Virus record (IMG/VR): IMGVR_UViG_3300030330_004956
Coordinates: 32,001 to 96,000 of that record
Length of the DNA stretch: 64,000 nt
DNA from: a virus
Taxonomy: Duplodnaviria > Caudoviricetes
Strand: one strand, 5' to 3'
Shown here: positions 37,823 through 47,328 of the stretch, piece after piece
How the letters are laid out: every line of letters begins with the position of its first letter
How positions within the stretch are numbered: the first letter of the stretch is position 1
Program-made: the position numbers and the translations under genes
Notes under the pieces: generated by a model
The model's input: only the letters and a program-made list of their open reading frames with translations
What the model was told of the DNA's origin: nothing
The model's database searches: none

Positions 37823-38404
37823 ATGGGAAATCGAAGAATTGGACGTAAAAGACTTTACGGCGTAGAAAAGGCTGGACAAAGAATTAATCTTGATTCCGGC
37901 GCAGGAATGAAAGATAATATTAAAAGTGCTAGTCAGCACAGACAAGGACAGGAGCTTATCACTGAAATCGCTGTTGACTTGCAAGGGTTGACATGTGCGG
38001 CTTCCGATAAGGGTATTATTGGACACGCTTCAAAGCCATCTTATATTACTCAACTCACTGAAGCTAACTATGGTATCGTTACTGAAATCAGAGTTGTGGT
38101 TGCTGAAACAATTACTAACACTGCTGATGATATTGGTGCAGAGGGAGTAGATGTTGAGGTTGGTGACGGCGCAGCCGGTATTGCCAACAACACCGGCGGA
38201 TCCGCTAACGGTGGTGGAACCCGTGTCGCCCTTACCCACGATGTACGTGTCAAAGGGGCAGATGCCAGCGCAACCAAGGATGCAAATGAATTAGCTGACG
38301 GCTATCTTTATGTAGTAAATGCCGAGTCTGCAACCAGTGACACAATGACTGCTGGTAAGCTTCTCATCTACATTCACGGATTTGTAGCACCTGCTGACAT
38401 CTAA
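37823..38404 (+). CDS. Putative capsid-associated protein, paralogue A
   Basis: Strong SD aaggagg; MGNRRIGRKRL...GKLLIYIHGFVAPADI. Confidence 0.55.
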   Translation: MGNRRIGRKRLYGVEKAGQRINLDSGAGMKDNIKSASQHRQGQELITEIAVDLQGLTCAASDKGIIGHASKPSYITQLTEANYGIVTEIRVVVAETITNTADDIGAEGVDVEVGDGAAGIANNTGGSANGGGTRVALTHDVRVKGADASATKDANELADGYLYVVNAESATSDTMTAGKLLIYIHGFVAPADI

Positions 38405-38438
38405 TCAATTAATATTATCATATAAGGAGGAAAATAAA

Positions 38439-39401
38439 ATGGGAATTAGAAGATTAGGAAGAAAAAGATTAGCTGCTATTGAAAGCCATGGTATCAGAAA
38501 AGATATCAGCCCAAGCGCAGCAATGAAGAATGCAATCGTGTCTGCCGATCAACATCGCGAAGGGCATAAGGTTGTCACTGATATTGTTTTAGATCTCGGT
38601 GCCGCCAATGGTGGACTTAAAACTTTGGCTCTTGCAGATAAAGATCCAATTGGAACAACTGCCGCGGCAACTGCGCCATCATATGTTTGTCAGGTTACTG
38701 ATGCTGTATTTGGTACTGTTACATCTGTCGAAGTAATTTGCTTAGAGGCTATCACTGATGGCACTTTAACAGATTATGATGTTATGTTTGGTGATGACGA
38801 TGGATTTCTGGGAAGTGACGCTAGCAATGATACTGCAATCAAGACTGGCGTTGGAGCCAAAGGATATCACGAAATCGCTGAGTATGATGCTGAGAACCTT
38901 AAAAATAAGTATATCTACATCACGGCTGGAGCAGCAACAACACAAGTTGCAACTGCGACAATTTCAACTGCTGATGCCACTATCACAAACATGGTTAGTG
39001 GAAGCACCACAATTAGGCTGAAAGACTCATCCGGCGGCGCCGTCAACTTTGTTGCTGGCGCAGGTAATCATGATCAAGCTGGTGCAGATGGCATTATCAA
39101 GATTGGAGGCATGGTTTCTAAGGCAGATTTAGCCCAAGCTATTTCCAGAGGTATCAATGCTAATGCAGCTTTTAGTACCGATAGTGATAGCCAAGCCGGC
39201 TCATCTGAGACAGTAACTGTTTCACATGCTGCTGTTACGGCAACTAACAACCAGACTAACTTTCTCGTCAATGACGATCCAGAAGCATCTACCGGAATTT
39301 CCGTTGGTGCGTTCACTGGTGGGATTGATGATGGTGTAGCAATTTCTGGCGGTAAACTGCTTTTGAGATTCACAGGCTTTATGGAGCCAGACGATATCTA
39401 G
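38439..39401 (+). CDS. Putative capsid-associated protein, paralogue B (with inserted domain)
   Basis: MGIRRLGRKRL...GKLLLRFTGFMEPDDI; SD aaggagg. Confidence 0.55.
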   Translation: MGIRRLGRKRLAAIESHGIRKDISPSAAMKNAIVSADQHREGHKVVTDIVLDLGAANGGLKTLALADKDPIGTTAAATAPSYVCQVTDAVFGTVTSVEVICLEAITDGTLTDYDVMFGDDDGFLGSDASNDTAIKTGVGAKGYHEIAEYDAENLKNKYIYITAGAATTQVATATISTADATITNMVSGSTTIRLKDSSGGAVNFVAGAGNHDQAGADGIIKIGGMVSKADLAQAISRGINANAAFSTDSDSQAGSSETVTVSHAAVTATNNQTNFLVNDDPEASTGISVGAFTGGIDDGVAISGGKLLLRFTGFMEPDDI

Positions 39402-39426
39402 ATTAATATTTGGATATATCACAATC

Positions 39427-39456
39427 AAAGTCACTACGGAAGTAGTGGCTTTTTTT
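39427..39456 (+). terminator. Rho-independent terminator
   Basis: AAAGTCACTAC-GGAA-GTAGTGGCTTT followed by a T tract. Confidence 0.85.
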
Positions 39457-39466
39457 GTTTTTGTTG

Positions 39467-39475
39467 ACTATTTAC
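39467..39475 (+). promoter_or_regulatory. Late promoter motif ACTATTTAC
   Basis: After a terminator, before 39510. Confidence 0.7.
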
Positions 39476-39509
39476 TAAGAACATTTATTAAATAAAGGAG
39501 ACTATTTTT

Positions 39510-39740
39510 ATGTCCGGAAGAAGAAGAATGTTGGCTCTCAAAAGAAAACTGCAAGCCGCTGAATCGGCACAAAGTGCTGCTGAATCTAGAGCAGCCGCCG
39601 CTGAAAAGGCACAAAAAGAGGCAGAAGCCCGCGCAGCAGCAGCCGAAAAGGCACAAGCCGAAGCTGAAGCTGCCAAAGCCAAGCCGGCTCCAAAAAAGAG
39701 AGCACCATCCAGAACTAAAAAGGCATCACGCAAAGATTAA
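39510..39740 (+). CDS. Small basic Ala/Lys-rich protein
   Basis: Own late promoter and SD aaggag; RAAAAEKAQ twice. Confidence 0.6.
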   Translation: MSGRRRMLALKRKLQAAESAQSAAESRAAAAEKAQKEAEARAAAAEKAQAEAEAAKAKPAPKKRAPSRTKKASRKD

Positions 39741-39758
39741 ACTTTTCTCTTTTGTCTA

Positions 39759-39767
39759 ACTATTTAT
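39759..39767 (+). promoter_or_regulatory. Late promoter motif ACTATTTAT
   Basis: Before the neck genes. Confidence 0.7.
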
Positions 39768-39786
39768 AGTATCGGAGGGATGATGC

Positions 39787-41076
39787 ATGTCGAAGCCTAC
39801 ACTTACACCCAAACAGCAGACGTCAGCTATAGTGCTACCAGCAACGGGCACTGCAACTGACGTCAGTTCTGTATTGCCACTTGGAATTTATGCAGCAGAG
39901 ACAGACTTTTTATCTGGCGCCGCAGATCAAGTTGCCTATACTTATAAAAAATTAGGTGGAGATGTACTAGACATTGAAATAAAAGCTGAAACCATTTACG
40001 CCAACTATGAAGAAGCGGTTTTAGAATATTCTTATATTGTTAACACACACCAAGCAAAGAATGTGCTTTCTGACTTGCTTGGAACTTCAACTGGTTCTTT
40101 TGATTCCGATGGGCAGCTTAAAGCCGGCACCCTGTCGTCTTCTTTATCAGGTACAGGTGTTCAACAAAGATTCCCTCGCTTCGAATTCGCATATGCCCGC
40201 CGTATTGCAGATGGTGTTGGCGTTGATGCTGGTGTTGGTGGTAACGTGACAGTCTATTCTGCATCTTTTACCACAACAGAAGGCGTACAAGATTACGATT
40301 TACAATCGATCATCGAAGCTGCATCTACAGCAGGAACAGATAACGGAACAGGAAATGCAGTAGATTGGGCTGGCTTGGTTGGTAACAAGAAGATTGAAGT
40401 AAGAAAGGTGTATTACAGAACGCCAAACTCAATGTGGCGTTTTTATGGATACTATGGCGGACTTAATACCGTTGGTAACTTGTCTAATTATGGGCAATGG
40501 AGTGATGATTCAACATTTGAGGTTATTCCAACTTGGCAAAACAAGATGCAAGCTACAATGTTTGAAGATGCCATCTATACCAGAAACTCACACTTTTCAT
40601 ATGAGCTAAGGAACAATCAGATAAGATTATTCCCGGCACCAAATAGCGTGACGGCACCGAAGTACTGGATTGAGTTTACAATCCCAACCGCGCCTTACTT
40701 AGATAATGATCCAGATATTGGCATCTTGGGCGTGAACAACATGAATACACTTCCATTTGAAAACATACCATACAAGAACATCAATGCTATAGGTAAGCAG
40801 TGGATTAGAAGATACTCACTTGCACTGTCAAAAGAAACTCTTGGACAAGTACGTTCTAAGTTTGGTAACTCAATTCCAATCCCCGGTGAATCTGTTAGCC
40901 TAAATGGTGACGCTTTGCTATCTCAGGGTAAGGAAGAACAACAGGCTCTAAGAGAAGAGTTGATCAAAGTGTTGGATGAACTTACTTACTCCAAGTTGGC
41001 AGAGGATGATAAGAACTTTGTTGAAAATGCTGGCGCATTACAAAAAGCAATTCCGTTGACAATTTTTGTGGGGTAA
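39787..41076 (+). CDS. Neck/head-completion protein (gp13-like)
   Basis: 'KQWIRRYSLALSKETLGQVRSKF...IPGESVSLNG..L...G.EE'; position between MCP and sheath. Confidence 0.75.
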   Translation: MSKPTLTPKQQTSAIVLPATGTATDVSSVLPLGIYAAETDFLSGAADQVAYTYKKLGGDVLDIEIKAETIYANYEEAVLEYSYIVNTHQAKNVLSDLLGTSTGSFDSDGQLKAGTLSSSLSGTGVQQRFPRFEFAYARRIADGVGVDAGVGGNVTVYSASFTTTEGVQDYDLQSIIEAASTAGTDNGTGNAVDWAGLVGNKKIEVRKVYYRTPNSMWRFYGYYGGLNTVGNLSNYGQWSDDSTFEVIPTWQNKMQATMFEDAIYTRNSHFSYELRNNQIRLFPAPNSVTAPKYWIEFTIPTAPYLDNDPDIGILGVNNMNTLPFENIPYKNINAIGKQWIRRYSLALSKETLGQVRSKFGNSIPIPGESVSLNGDALLSQGKEEQQALREELIKVLDELTYSKLAEDDKNFVENAGALQKAIPLTIFVG

Positions 41077-41080
41077 ATAA

Positions 41081-41578
41081 ATGTCGAAAAAAGATAACAA
41101 ATGGACTCAACCAAATACTCCCCCGCCACCACTCTTTACTGGCAAGAAAGAAAGAGATCTTGTTAAGCAAGTAAATGATGAACTTATAGAAAGAGTGATT
41201 GGGCAAACGGTGGCTTATTACCCAGTTGATTATGATACTACAAAGTTTCACCCTATTTATGGCGAAGCGCTTGAAAAGAATTTTCTGCCGCCAATTAGAG
41301 TTCAAGCTTTAATCGAGTGGCATGGTATTGAGTCGGCATACACAGATAAAATTGGAATCGACAAACAATCCACTATAACAATTCATTTTCACAAAAGGCG
41401 ATTAACAGAGGATCAAAACTTGTTTGTTAGAGAAGGTGATTTTGTTTTGTATGGAGATTTATTTTATCAAGTAGTTAGTTTAATGGAGCCAAAAAGACTT
41501 TTTGGACAAATAGAGCACAGAATGGAAGTTAGTGCCAAGTGCGTTAGAGCAAGAGATGGAGTATTCAATGCCGAGTAA
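41081..41578 (+). CDS. Neck protein (gp14-like)
   Basis: 'ELIERVIGQTVAYY...IYGEA.EK.F', 'REGDFV.Y'. Confidence 0.65.
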   Translation: MSKKDNKWTQPNTPPPPLFTGKKERDLVKQVNDELIERVIGQTVAYYPVDYDTTKFHPIYGEALEKNFLPPIRVQALIEWHGIESAYTDKIGIDKQSTITIHFHKRRLTEDQNLFVREGDFVLYGDLFYQVVSLMEPKRLFGQIEHRMEVSAKCVRARDGVFNAE

Positions 41579-42491
41579 AGGAGAAATTGGGGTAAACTTT
41601 AAGCCCTCTACTATAGAAACGATCGATTCAGCAATTTTTAAGTTCCTGCAAGACATGAATTTGCACGCCAGAACGAATAAAGGCTTCATCCCGGTGCCAA
41701 TTATTTGGGTTGGCGCAGAAAGAACATACCAAATCAAGAATGATTTAACTTTAAGAGATTCTGAAGGGCTTTTGAAGTTGCCACTTTTAACAATTGAAAG
41801 AAAAGATATTACAAAAGATCCTACCAAATCTCCAATTCCGGCAAATGTGCCTGATTTTGGGGATGGGGGCTTCATTCCGGTACGCAGAAGAATAAATCAA
41901 GAGAAAACTACCGCTTTCAAAGCAGCACAGAATGCTAAAAAATCAGGCGTTGACTTAGATGTTGGCAACACACAAGAAGAGTACCCCAGAAATCGTAAGT
42001 TTCCTAGTAAATTTACTCCTATGTTTGATGTACGCCCACCAAATTTAAGAGAAAAGGTGGTTTATGAGACAACTTACATACCAATTCCTGTCTATGTGAC
42101 TGTAAAATACGAAATCCACATCAGAACAGAGTACCAACAGCAGATGAATCAGTTATTGACTCCGTTTATAGCATCTCATTCAAGAATGGGTAGAAATCAT
42201 AAGTATTTTACAATGAAATATGAAAATCACAGCTTTGAGGGGTTCATAGATCCTAGTTTTTCTAATGATAACAACGCTGCAAAGCTTGAAGAAGAAGAAA
42301 GAATTTTCAATACTGTAGTCAATGTCGATGTGTTAGGCTACTTAGTTGGTGGCGATGCCAATGAAAATTCTAATATAGAGAAAGTTTATGAAAACATTGT
42401 AGAAGTTAAAATTTCTCGCGAAAGGGTTGTACTGGCTGACGAATTTGATCGCTCAAATCCTTCAGGCTCAAACCCTTTCTACAAAGAATAA
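41568..42491 (+). CDS. Tail completion/sheath terminator (gp15-like)
   Basis: 'IPVPII...ER', 'LPLLTI.R', 'IPVYVTVKYEI.I.TEYQQQMNQLL'. Confidence 0.65.
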   Translation: MPSKGEIGVNFKPSTIETIDSAIFKFLQDMNLHARTNKGFIPVPIIWVGAERTYQIKNDLTLRDSEGLLKLPLLTIERKDITKDPTKSPIPANVPDFGDGGFIPVRRRINQEKTTAFKAAQNAKKSGVDLDVGNTQEEYPRNRKFPSKFTPMFDVRPPNLREKVVYETTYIPIPVYVTVKYEIHIRTEYQQQMNQLLTPFIASHSRMGRNHKYFTMKYENHSFEGFIDPSFSNDNNAAKLEEEERIFNTVVNVDVLGYLVGGDANENSNIEKVYENIVEVKISRERVVLADEFDRSNPSGSNPFYKE

Positions 42492-42521
42492 CTTCTTTTA
42501 GTTCTTTTGGAGAAAGGAATA

Positions 42522-42530
42522 ACTATTTAT
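42522..42530 (+). promoter_or_regulatory. Late promoter motif ACTATTTAT
   Basis: Before the sheath gene. Confidence 0.7.
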
Positions 42531-42583
42531 TATGAATGTTTTATGGATAAACCATCGACTGTTTATAAAGGAGAATTAAAGAC

Positions 42584-45514
42584 ATGTCAATTGATAAATT
42601 TAGATTTGTATCTCCGGGTGTACAGGTGGCTGAAATTGATCAGTCACGCCGCGCACGAGACGCTGCGGATCCCGGCCCAGTAATTATTGGACGTTTCGAA
42701 CGAGGGCCTACAATGCAGCCCACCAAGGTAGATTCTCTCAACGAGTTAGAGGAAATTTTTGGTAGAACTATTACTGGTAGAGAGTCAGGCGATATCTCTC
42801 GTAATGGTAACTTTTCTGCTCCTTCGTATGCAGCTTTTGCAGTTAATGCATGGCTAGCAAACAATGGCGGCGCAACTATTATGAGGCTTGTAGGTAAGCA
42901 ATCCAGTAATGCCGAAGTTGGCTCTGGAGAGGCTGGATGGACTAGAAGCACCACTGGATCCGCAGGATCTGGTAGAGGTGGTGCATGGGGGCTCTGGGTT
43001 ATTCCTTCGGCTTCAACCTTTCAAGGATTGACTGGTACACTCGGTGCTGTTTTCTATTGCGCTGCTGACACAGGAATTGTTCTATCTGGCACTCATTTAG
43101 TAACAGGCGGCTCCACTAAGAATGGACAAGCTGCCGCATCACTCATGAGATTCGATGACGGAAACATTAGAGCTAAGGTTATAAAGGGCATTTCCGATCA
43201 GACTTCTTCTGTTGGCGGTTCTGAGGACGAAGATGTACTTTTCAACTTCAACCCTGCTTCTAGACAGTTCATTAGAAAGGTTTTCAATACCACGCCTCAC
43301 AACACTAATAGTGATGTCGTCGCATCTTCGCACGCAAATTATAAAACTTACTGGCTTGGTGAAAGTTTCGAAGATAGAGTTGCACAGTTGGATTCACAAA
43401 CTGACGGCACCTCCGCACTATTATGTTTCACAGCGCCTCTGGTTTCTGGAACTGTTAACTATGCAGATCACGCCTATGATGCGCAGCCAAGTAAGACTGG
43501 TTGGGTTATCTCTCAGGACGTTTCACTGGATTCTGGTTCATACTCTCCAGCAAACATGCAGAAACTTTTCCGCTTTGTTTCTCTGGAAGAAGGTGAATGG
43601 ACTCAAAGAAACTTGAAGATCTCTATCAGAAATATCAGACTTCCGAATGCAGCATCTGATGCTGATGCATACGGCTCTTTCGATGTTCAACTTAGGGCAA
43701 TTCAAGATACCGACGCTGCACCAGAAGCTGTTGAAACATACACTAATGTCAACTTGAACCCAGCATCTCCAAACTACATTGGAGTTAGAATTGGTGATCA
43801 AAGAGCAGTATGGAACGATGCCGAGAAAAGATATCGCTACTTTGGAGCTTATCCAAACATGTCGAAATATATTCGCGTAGAAATTGCATCAGAAGTCGAT
43901 GAAGGCGCTATCACACAAGAACTGGTGCCATTTGGATTCTATGGTATTCCACGCCCACCAATAGTCACGCTTGAGGGCTCTGGTTCCGCCGGCACCGGCG
44001 ATCAGGCTTTCATTCAAGATGCCATCTCAAGTGCCTTCACGGTTGATGGCGTAAACGTCGAATCTGTTAATTGTTTCGTCAATGTTTCTGGAACCGCTGG
44101 TTCCGGTGCCAAAGCTATCACTGCTTCTCTTGAGTGGCCGACTCACAAGCTTGTTGGCTCTGCCTCTCTGGCTTCATTAGCAGATCCAACAGATCGTTAC
44201 TTCGGTGTTGACTTTACTAGATACAACAGCGATACTTTGTTCGATCCCTCGGTATATGATCTTTCTAGAGCCAGAGTTTCTAACTTATCTTCAGATTCTT
44301 GGGATAAATCAGGAAACATGGTAGATTCATTCATCTTCTCGTTGGATGATGTATCTGGCTCTGCAAACAACGCTGCAAACGGATTCGTATACGTATCAGG
44401 CTCTAGAGCCGCCACTGATGGATCAAGCTCTTGGACTGCTGTTAGCGGTACCGAAGCTATCCTTGACGCTGGTTACGATAAGTTTACTATGCCACTTTAT
44501 GGTGGATTCGACGGACTCGATGCTACACAAATGGAGCCTCTGATCAACAATGGACTAATCAATGGGAAAACCACTACTAACTGCTATGAGAAGTACACTC
44601 TTATAAGAGCCATCGACACAGTTGCAGATGCTGAGTTGGTTGATATGAACTTGCTGGCACTCCCCGGTATCACCGATCATGGTGTCACCGATCACATGAT
44701 CAATACATGTGAACGCAGAAGAGATGCCATGGCACTTGTCGATATCAAGTTTGCATACACTCCGCGCCACGAAAGCAACGAGCCTTCCGAAGCTGTGAGA
44801 AACGCTGCAACTGGTAACAACAAGGTTTCTACCGCTGTCACCACTGTCAAGCAGAAGGGTTACAACTCTTCTTACGCGGCATGCTACTACCCATGGGTTC
44901 AGGTTAGCGCTCCAGTAACTGGATTGCCTACTTGGGTTCCACCTTCGGTTGTAGCCCTAGGCGCAATGTCTTACAGTGAAGCAACTCAGGCAGTTTGGTT
45001 TGCTCCTGCTGGATTCACCCGCGGTGGATTAAGTGAAGGACGTGGTGGACTTCCAGTATTGGCAGTGTCTCAGAGACTTTCTTCGAAAGAGAGAGACAGC
45101 CTTTATGAAGTCAACATTAACCCAATTGCTCAGTTCCCAGCAGAAGGTATTGTAATCTTTGGACAAAAGACACTTCAAGCCACGCCATCAGCGTTGGATA
45201 GAATTAACGTAAGAAGACTTCTTATCTTCATCAAGAAGAGAATTTCTAGAATTGCTTCTACCCTGTTGTTCGATCCAAACGTTTCGCAAACTTGGAACAG
45301 ATTTATATCAGAAGTTGCACCGTTCCTTGATGGAGTTAAGTCGGGATTTGGACTGGACGATTTCAAGATTGTCTTGGACAGTTCAACAACGACTGCCGAT
45401 CTAATCGATAGAAACACAATGTACGCTAAGATCTTTGTCAAGCCTACAAAAGCTATCGAATTCATCGCAATTGACTTCATCATTACGAACTCTGGAGCAT
45501 CGTTTGATGATTAA
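42584..45514 (+). CDS. Contractile tail sheath protein (gp18-like)
   Basis: SPGVQVAEID, YYPWV, WFAPAG..RG, INPI, GQKTLQ...SALDRINVRRLLI, KPTKAIEFI. Confidence 0.95.
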   Translation: MSIDKFRFVSPGVQVAEIDQSRRARDAADPGPVIIGRFERGPTMQPTKVDSLNELEEIFGRTITGRESGDISRNGNFSAPSYAAFAVNAWLANNGGATIMRLVGKQSSNAEVGSGEAGWTRSTTGSAGSGRGGAWGLWVIPSASTFQGLTGTLGAVFYCAADTGIVLSGTHLVTGGSTKNGQAAASLMRFDDGNIRAKVIKGISDQTSSVGGSEDEDVLFNFNPASRQFIRKVFNTTPHNTNSDVVASSHANYKTYWLGESFEDRVAQLDSQTDGTSALLCFTAPLVSGTVNYADHAYDAQPSKTGWVISQDVSLDSGSYSPANMQKLFRFVSLEEGEWTQRNLKISIRNIRLPNAASDADAYGSFDVQLRAIQDTDAAPEAVETYTNVNLNPASPNYIGVRIGDQRAVWNDAEKRYRYFGAYPNMSKYIRVEIASEVDEGAITQELVPFGFYGIPRPPIVTLEGSGSAGTGDQAFIQDAISSAFTVDGVNVESVNCFVNVSGTAGSGAKAITASLEWPTHKLVGSASLASLADPTDRYFGVDFTRYNSDTLFDPSVYDLSRARVSNLSSDSWDKSGNMVDSFIFSLDDVSGSANNAANGFVYVSGSRAATDGSSSWTAVSGTEAILDAGYDKFTMPLYGGFDGLDATQMEPLINNGLINGKTTTNCYEKYTLIRAIDTVADAELVDMNLLALPGITDHGVTDHMINTCERRRDAMALVDIKFAYTPRHESNEPSEAVRNAATGNNKVSTAVTTVKQKGYNSSYAACYYPWVQVSAPVTGLPTWVPPSVVALGAMSYSEATQAVWFAPAGFTRGGLSEGRGGLPVLAVSQRLSSKERDSLYEVNINPIAQFPAEGIVIFGQKTLQATPSALDRINVRRLLIFIKKRISRIASTLLFDPNVSQTWNRFISEVAPFLDGVKSGFGLDDFKIVLDSSTTTADLIDRNTMYAKIFVKPTKAIEFIAIDFIITNSGASFDD

Positions 45515-45515
45515 T

Positions 45516-45566
45516 AGTAAATTTGTGAGAGTATTGGGCTGAATACTGATGCTCTCACTATTTACT
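45516..45566 (+). promoter_or_regulatory. Long imperfect hairpin between sheath and tube, overlapping a late-promoter motif
   Basis: AGTAAAT..GTGAGAGTATTGG / CTGATGCTCTCAC..ATTTACT. Confidence 0.55.
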
Positions 45567-45597
45567 TTGAATAAACATTTATTTGGAGGATTTATAA

Positions 45598-46248
45598 ATG
45601 GCTCAATTTTGGAATAATAGCATACTCGAACCGAAAAGAAAGTTTAGATGGCTTTTGCAGGTTAACGGGATACCATACTGGACAATTAAGAAAGTACAAC
45701 GTCCGCAGTATACTGTCGGTGAAGCAGAGCACAAATACATCAACCACACTTTCTACTTTCCCGGTAGAGTTACTTACAATGAGATTGACTTTACCATTGT
45801 AGATAGTGCTGATCCTGATGCCGCTGAAACCTTAAGACAAATCTTGGGAGCGTCTGGTTACAGACTGCCTAAGAGCGAAGATATTGCAACCCAATCAATC
45901 ACTAAACACGCCGCAGTCCGTGCCCTTGGTACAGTGCAGTTAGTTATGATGACTGGTGGTGGTAACGCATCTTCTACTGGTGGCGATGGTACCGTTGCAA
46001 ACAATCAGAAGGCTGGTACTTTAGTTGAACAGTGGAACTTGCATAACGCTTGGGTTAAAGACATTTCATTTTCGGAATTAGATTATGATGGTGATGATCT
46101 CACTGAGATTACTGTCAAGCTTCGCTACGACTACGCTGAACTTAATAACAGTTCTAACTTCCCATCCGGCTTCGGTAGCCTTGATGTTGAAAACCCAGAT
46201 CTGTCTTACGGCGTATCCGCAGGTTCTGATCCTGACAGACAAGACTAA
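45598..46248 (+). CDS. Tail tube protein (gp19-like)
   Basis: EPKRKFRW, 'EQWNLHNAW....FSELDY......EITVKLRYD'; follows the sheath. Confidence 0.88.
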   Translation: MAQFWNNSILEPKRKFRWLLQVNGIPYWTIKKVQRPQYTVGEAEHKYINHTFYFPGRVTYNEIDFTIVDSADPDAAETLRQILGASGYRLPKSEDIATQSITKHAAVRALGTVQLVMMTGGGNASSTGGDGTVANNQKAGTLVEQWNLHNAWVKDISFSELDYDGDDLTEITVKLRYDYAELNNSSNFPSGFGSLDVENPDLSYGVSAGSDPDRQD

Positions 46249-46277
46249 AAAAATATTCTCTATACTTTGGAGGTTAA

Positions 46278-47147
46278 ATGAGAAACAATGATGAGAGAAC
46301 GGGCGCTGTCCAACAACCGGACAGCCCCGCCCCTGCTCAAGCACAAAAGGGGCTAAACTTAAACTTTGTTGCACCAACAGAGTTTGTCGAAATTCCCTCA
46401 AGAGGCAAATTTTATCCACAGGGGCATCCCCTGCATAATAAGCACACTGTAGAGATCAAGCATATGACTGCTAGAGAAGAGGATATTCTTACTAGCCAGA
46501 CTTTGCTTAAACAGGGTGTCGCACTGGATAGATTCTTGCAATCTGTATTGTTGGATAAGGCAATCGACATTAATACTTTGTTAGTTGGCGACAAAAACGC
46601 TTTGATTGTTGCAGCTAGATGCACAGGCTACGGCGATGATTATGAAACTACTCTAACTTGCCCATCATGCATGGCGCAAGTAAAAGAGACTCTAGACTTA
46701 TCAGAGTGTAGAGAGATGGTTCATGGGTATAACGAACAGGATGCAGAAGAGCCACTGCCTAATGTTGTCGGCCCATCAGCCGCTGGGACATATATGATCA
46801 CATTGCCTACGACAAACGCTGTTTTCGAAGTCAAGCTAATGAATGGGCGAGATGAAAAAGCATTCGCCAAAAGAATGGAAACCAGAAAGAAGAAGAAACA
46901 AGGCGAAGCTCTTATGACTGATCAGTTTAAGACTTTCACAGTTTCTATTAACGGTGTAGACATTCCGCGGCAAATGTATTCTTTTATCGATAATTTGCCC
47001 GTAAAGGACTCTAGATTCCTTCGAACGGCTTATAACGCCCTCACGCCTGCTGTAAATCTTAAGCACGATTTTGCGTGTACTGAGTGTGCTTATGAGCAGG
47101 AGGTAGAAGTGCCTATTACGGCGCAGTTTTTTTGGCCTGACGCATGA
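46278..47147 (+). CDS. Tail assembly chaperone / gp26-like hub assembly protein
   Basis: 'VEIPSRGKFY', 'MTAREEDIL', two CxxC motifs, ends FFWPDA; lies between tube and tape measure. Confidence 0.75.
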   Translation: MRNNDERTGAVQQPDSPAPAQAQKGLNLNFVAPTEFVEIPSRGKFYPQGHPLHNKHTVEIKHMTAREEDILTSQTLLKQGVALDRFLQSVLLDKAIDINTLLVGDKNALIVAARCTGYGDDYETTLTCPSCMAQVKETLDLSECREMVHGYNEQDAEEPLPNVVGPSAAGTYMITLPTTNAVFEVKLMNGRDEKAFAKRMETRKKKKQGEALMTDQFKTFTVSINGVDIPRQMYSFIDNLPVKDSRFLRTAYNALTPAVNLKHDFACTECAYEQEVEVPITAQFFWPDA

Positions 47148-47328
47148 GTATATGGAGGGAGTTTATGAACAATTCTTCCTCCTTAAATATCATGGCGGTT
47201 GGAGTTTCATGGAAGCATACAACCTGCCAGTTGGACTGAGAACATGGTTCCTAAGACGACTATCAAAACAGCTAAACGATGAAGCAGAAGCAAATCGTAA
47301 AGCAATGAATAAAGCTAAAAGAAGGTAA
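47128..47328 (+). CDS. Frameshift-accessed extension / gp51-like small chaperone (internal ATG at 47152; not in the ORF track)
   Basis: +1 frame reads FFGLTHEYMEGVYEQFFLLKYHGGWSFMEAYNLPVGLRTWFLRRL...KRR; T7 run at 47127-47133. Confidence 0.7.
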   Translation, partial: FFGLTHEYMEGVYEQFFLLKYHGGWSFMEAYNLPVGLRTWFLRRLSKQLNDEAEANRKAMNKAKRR

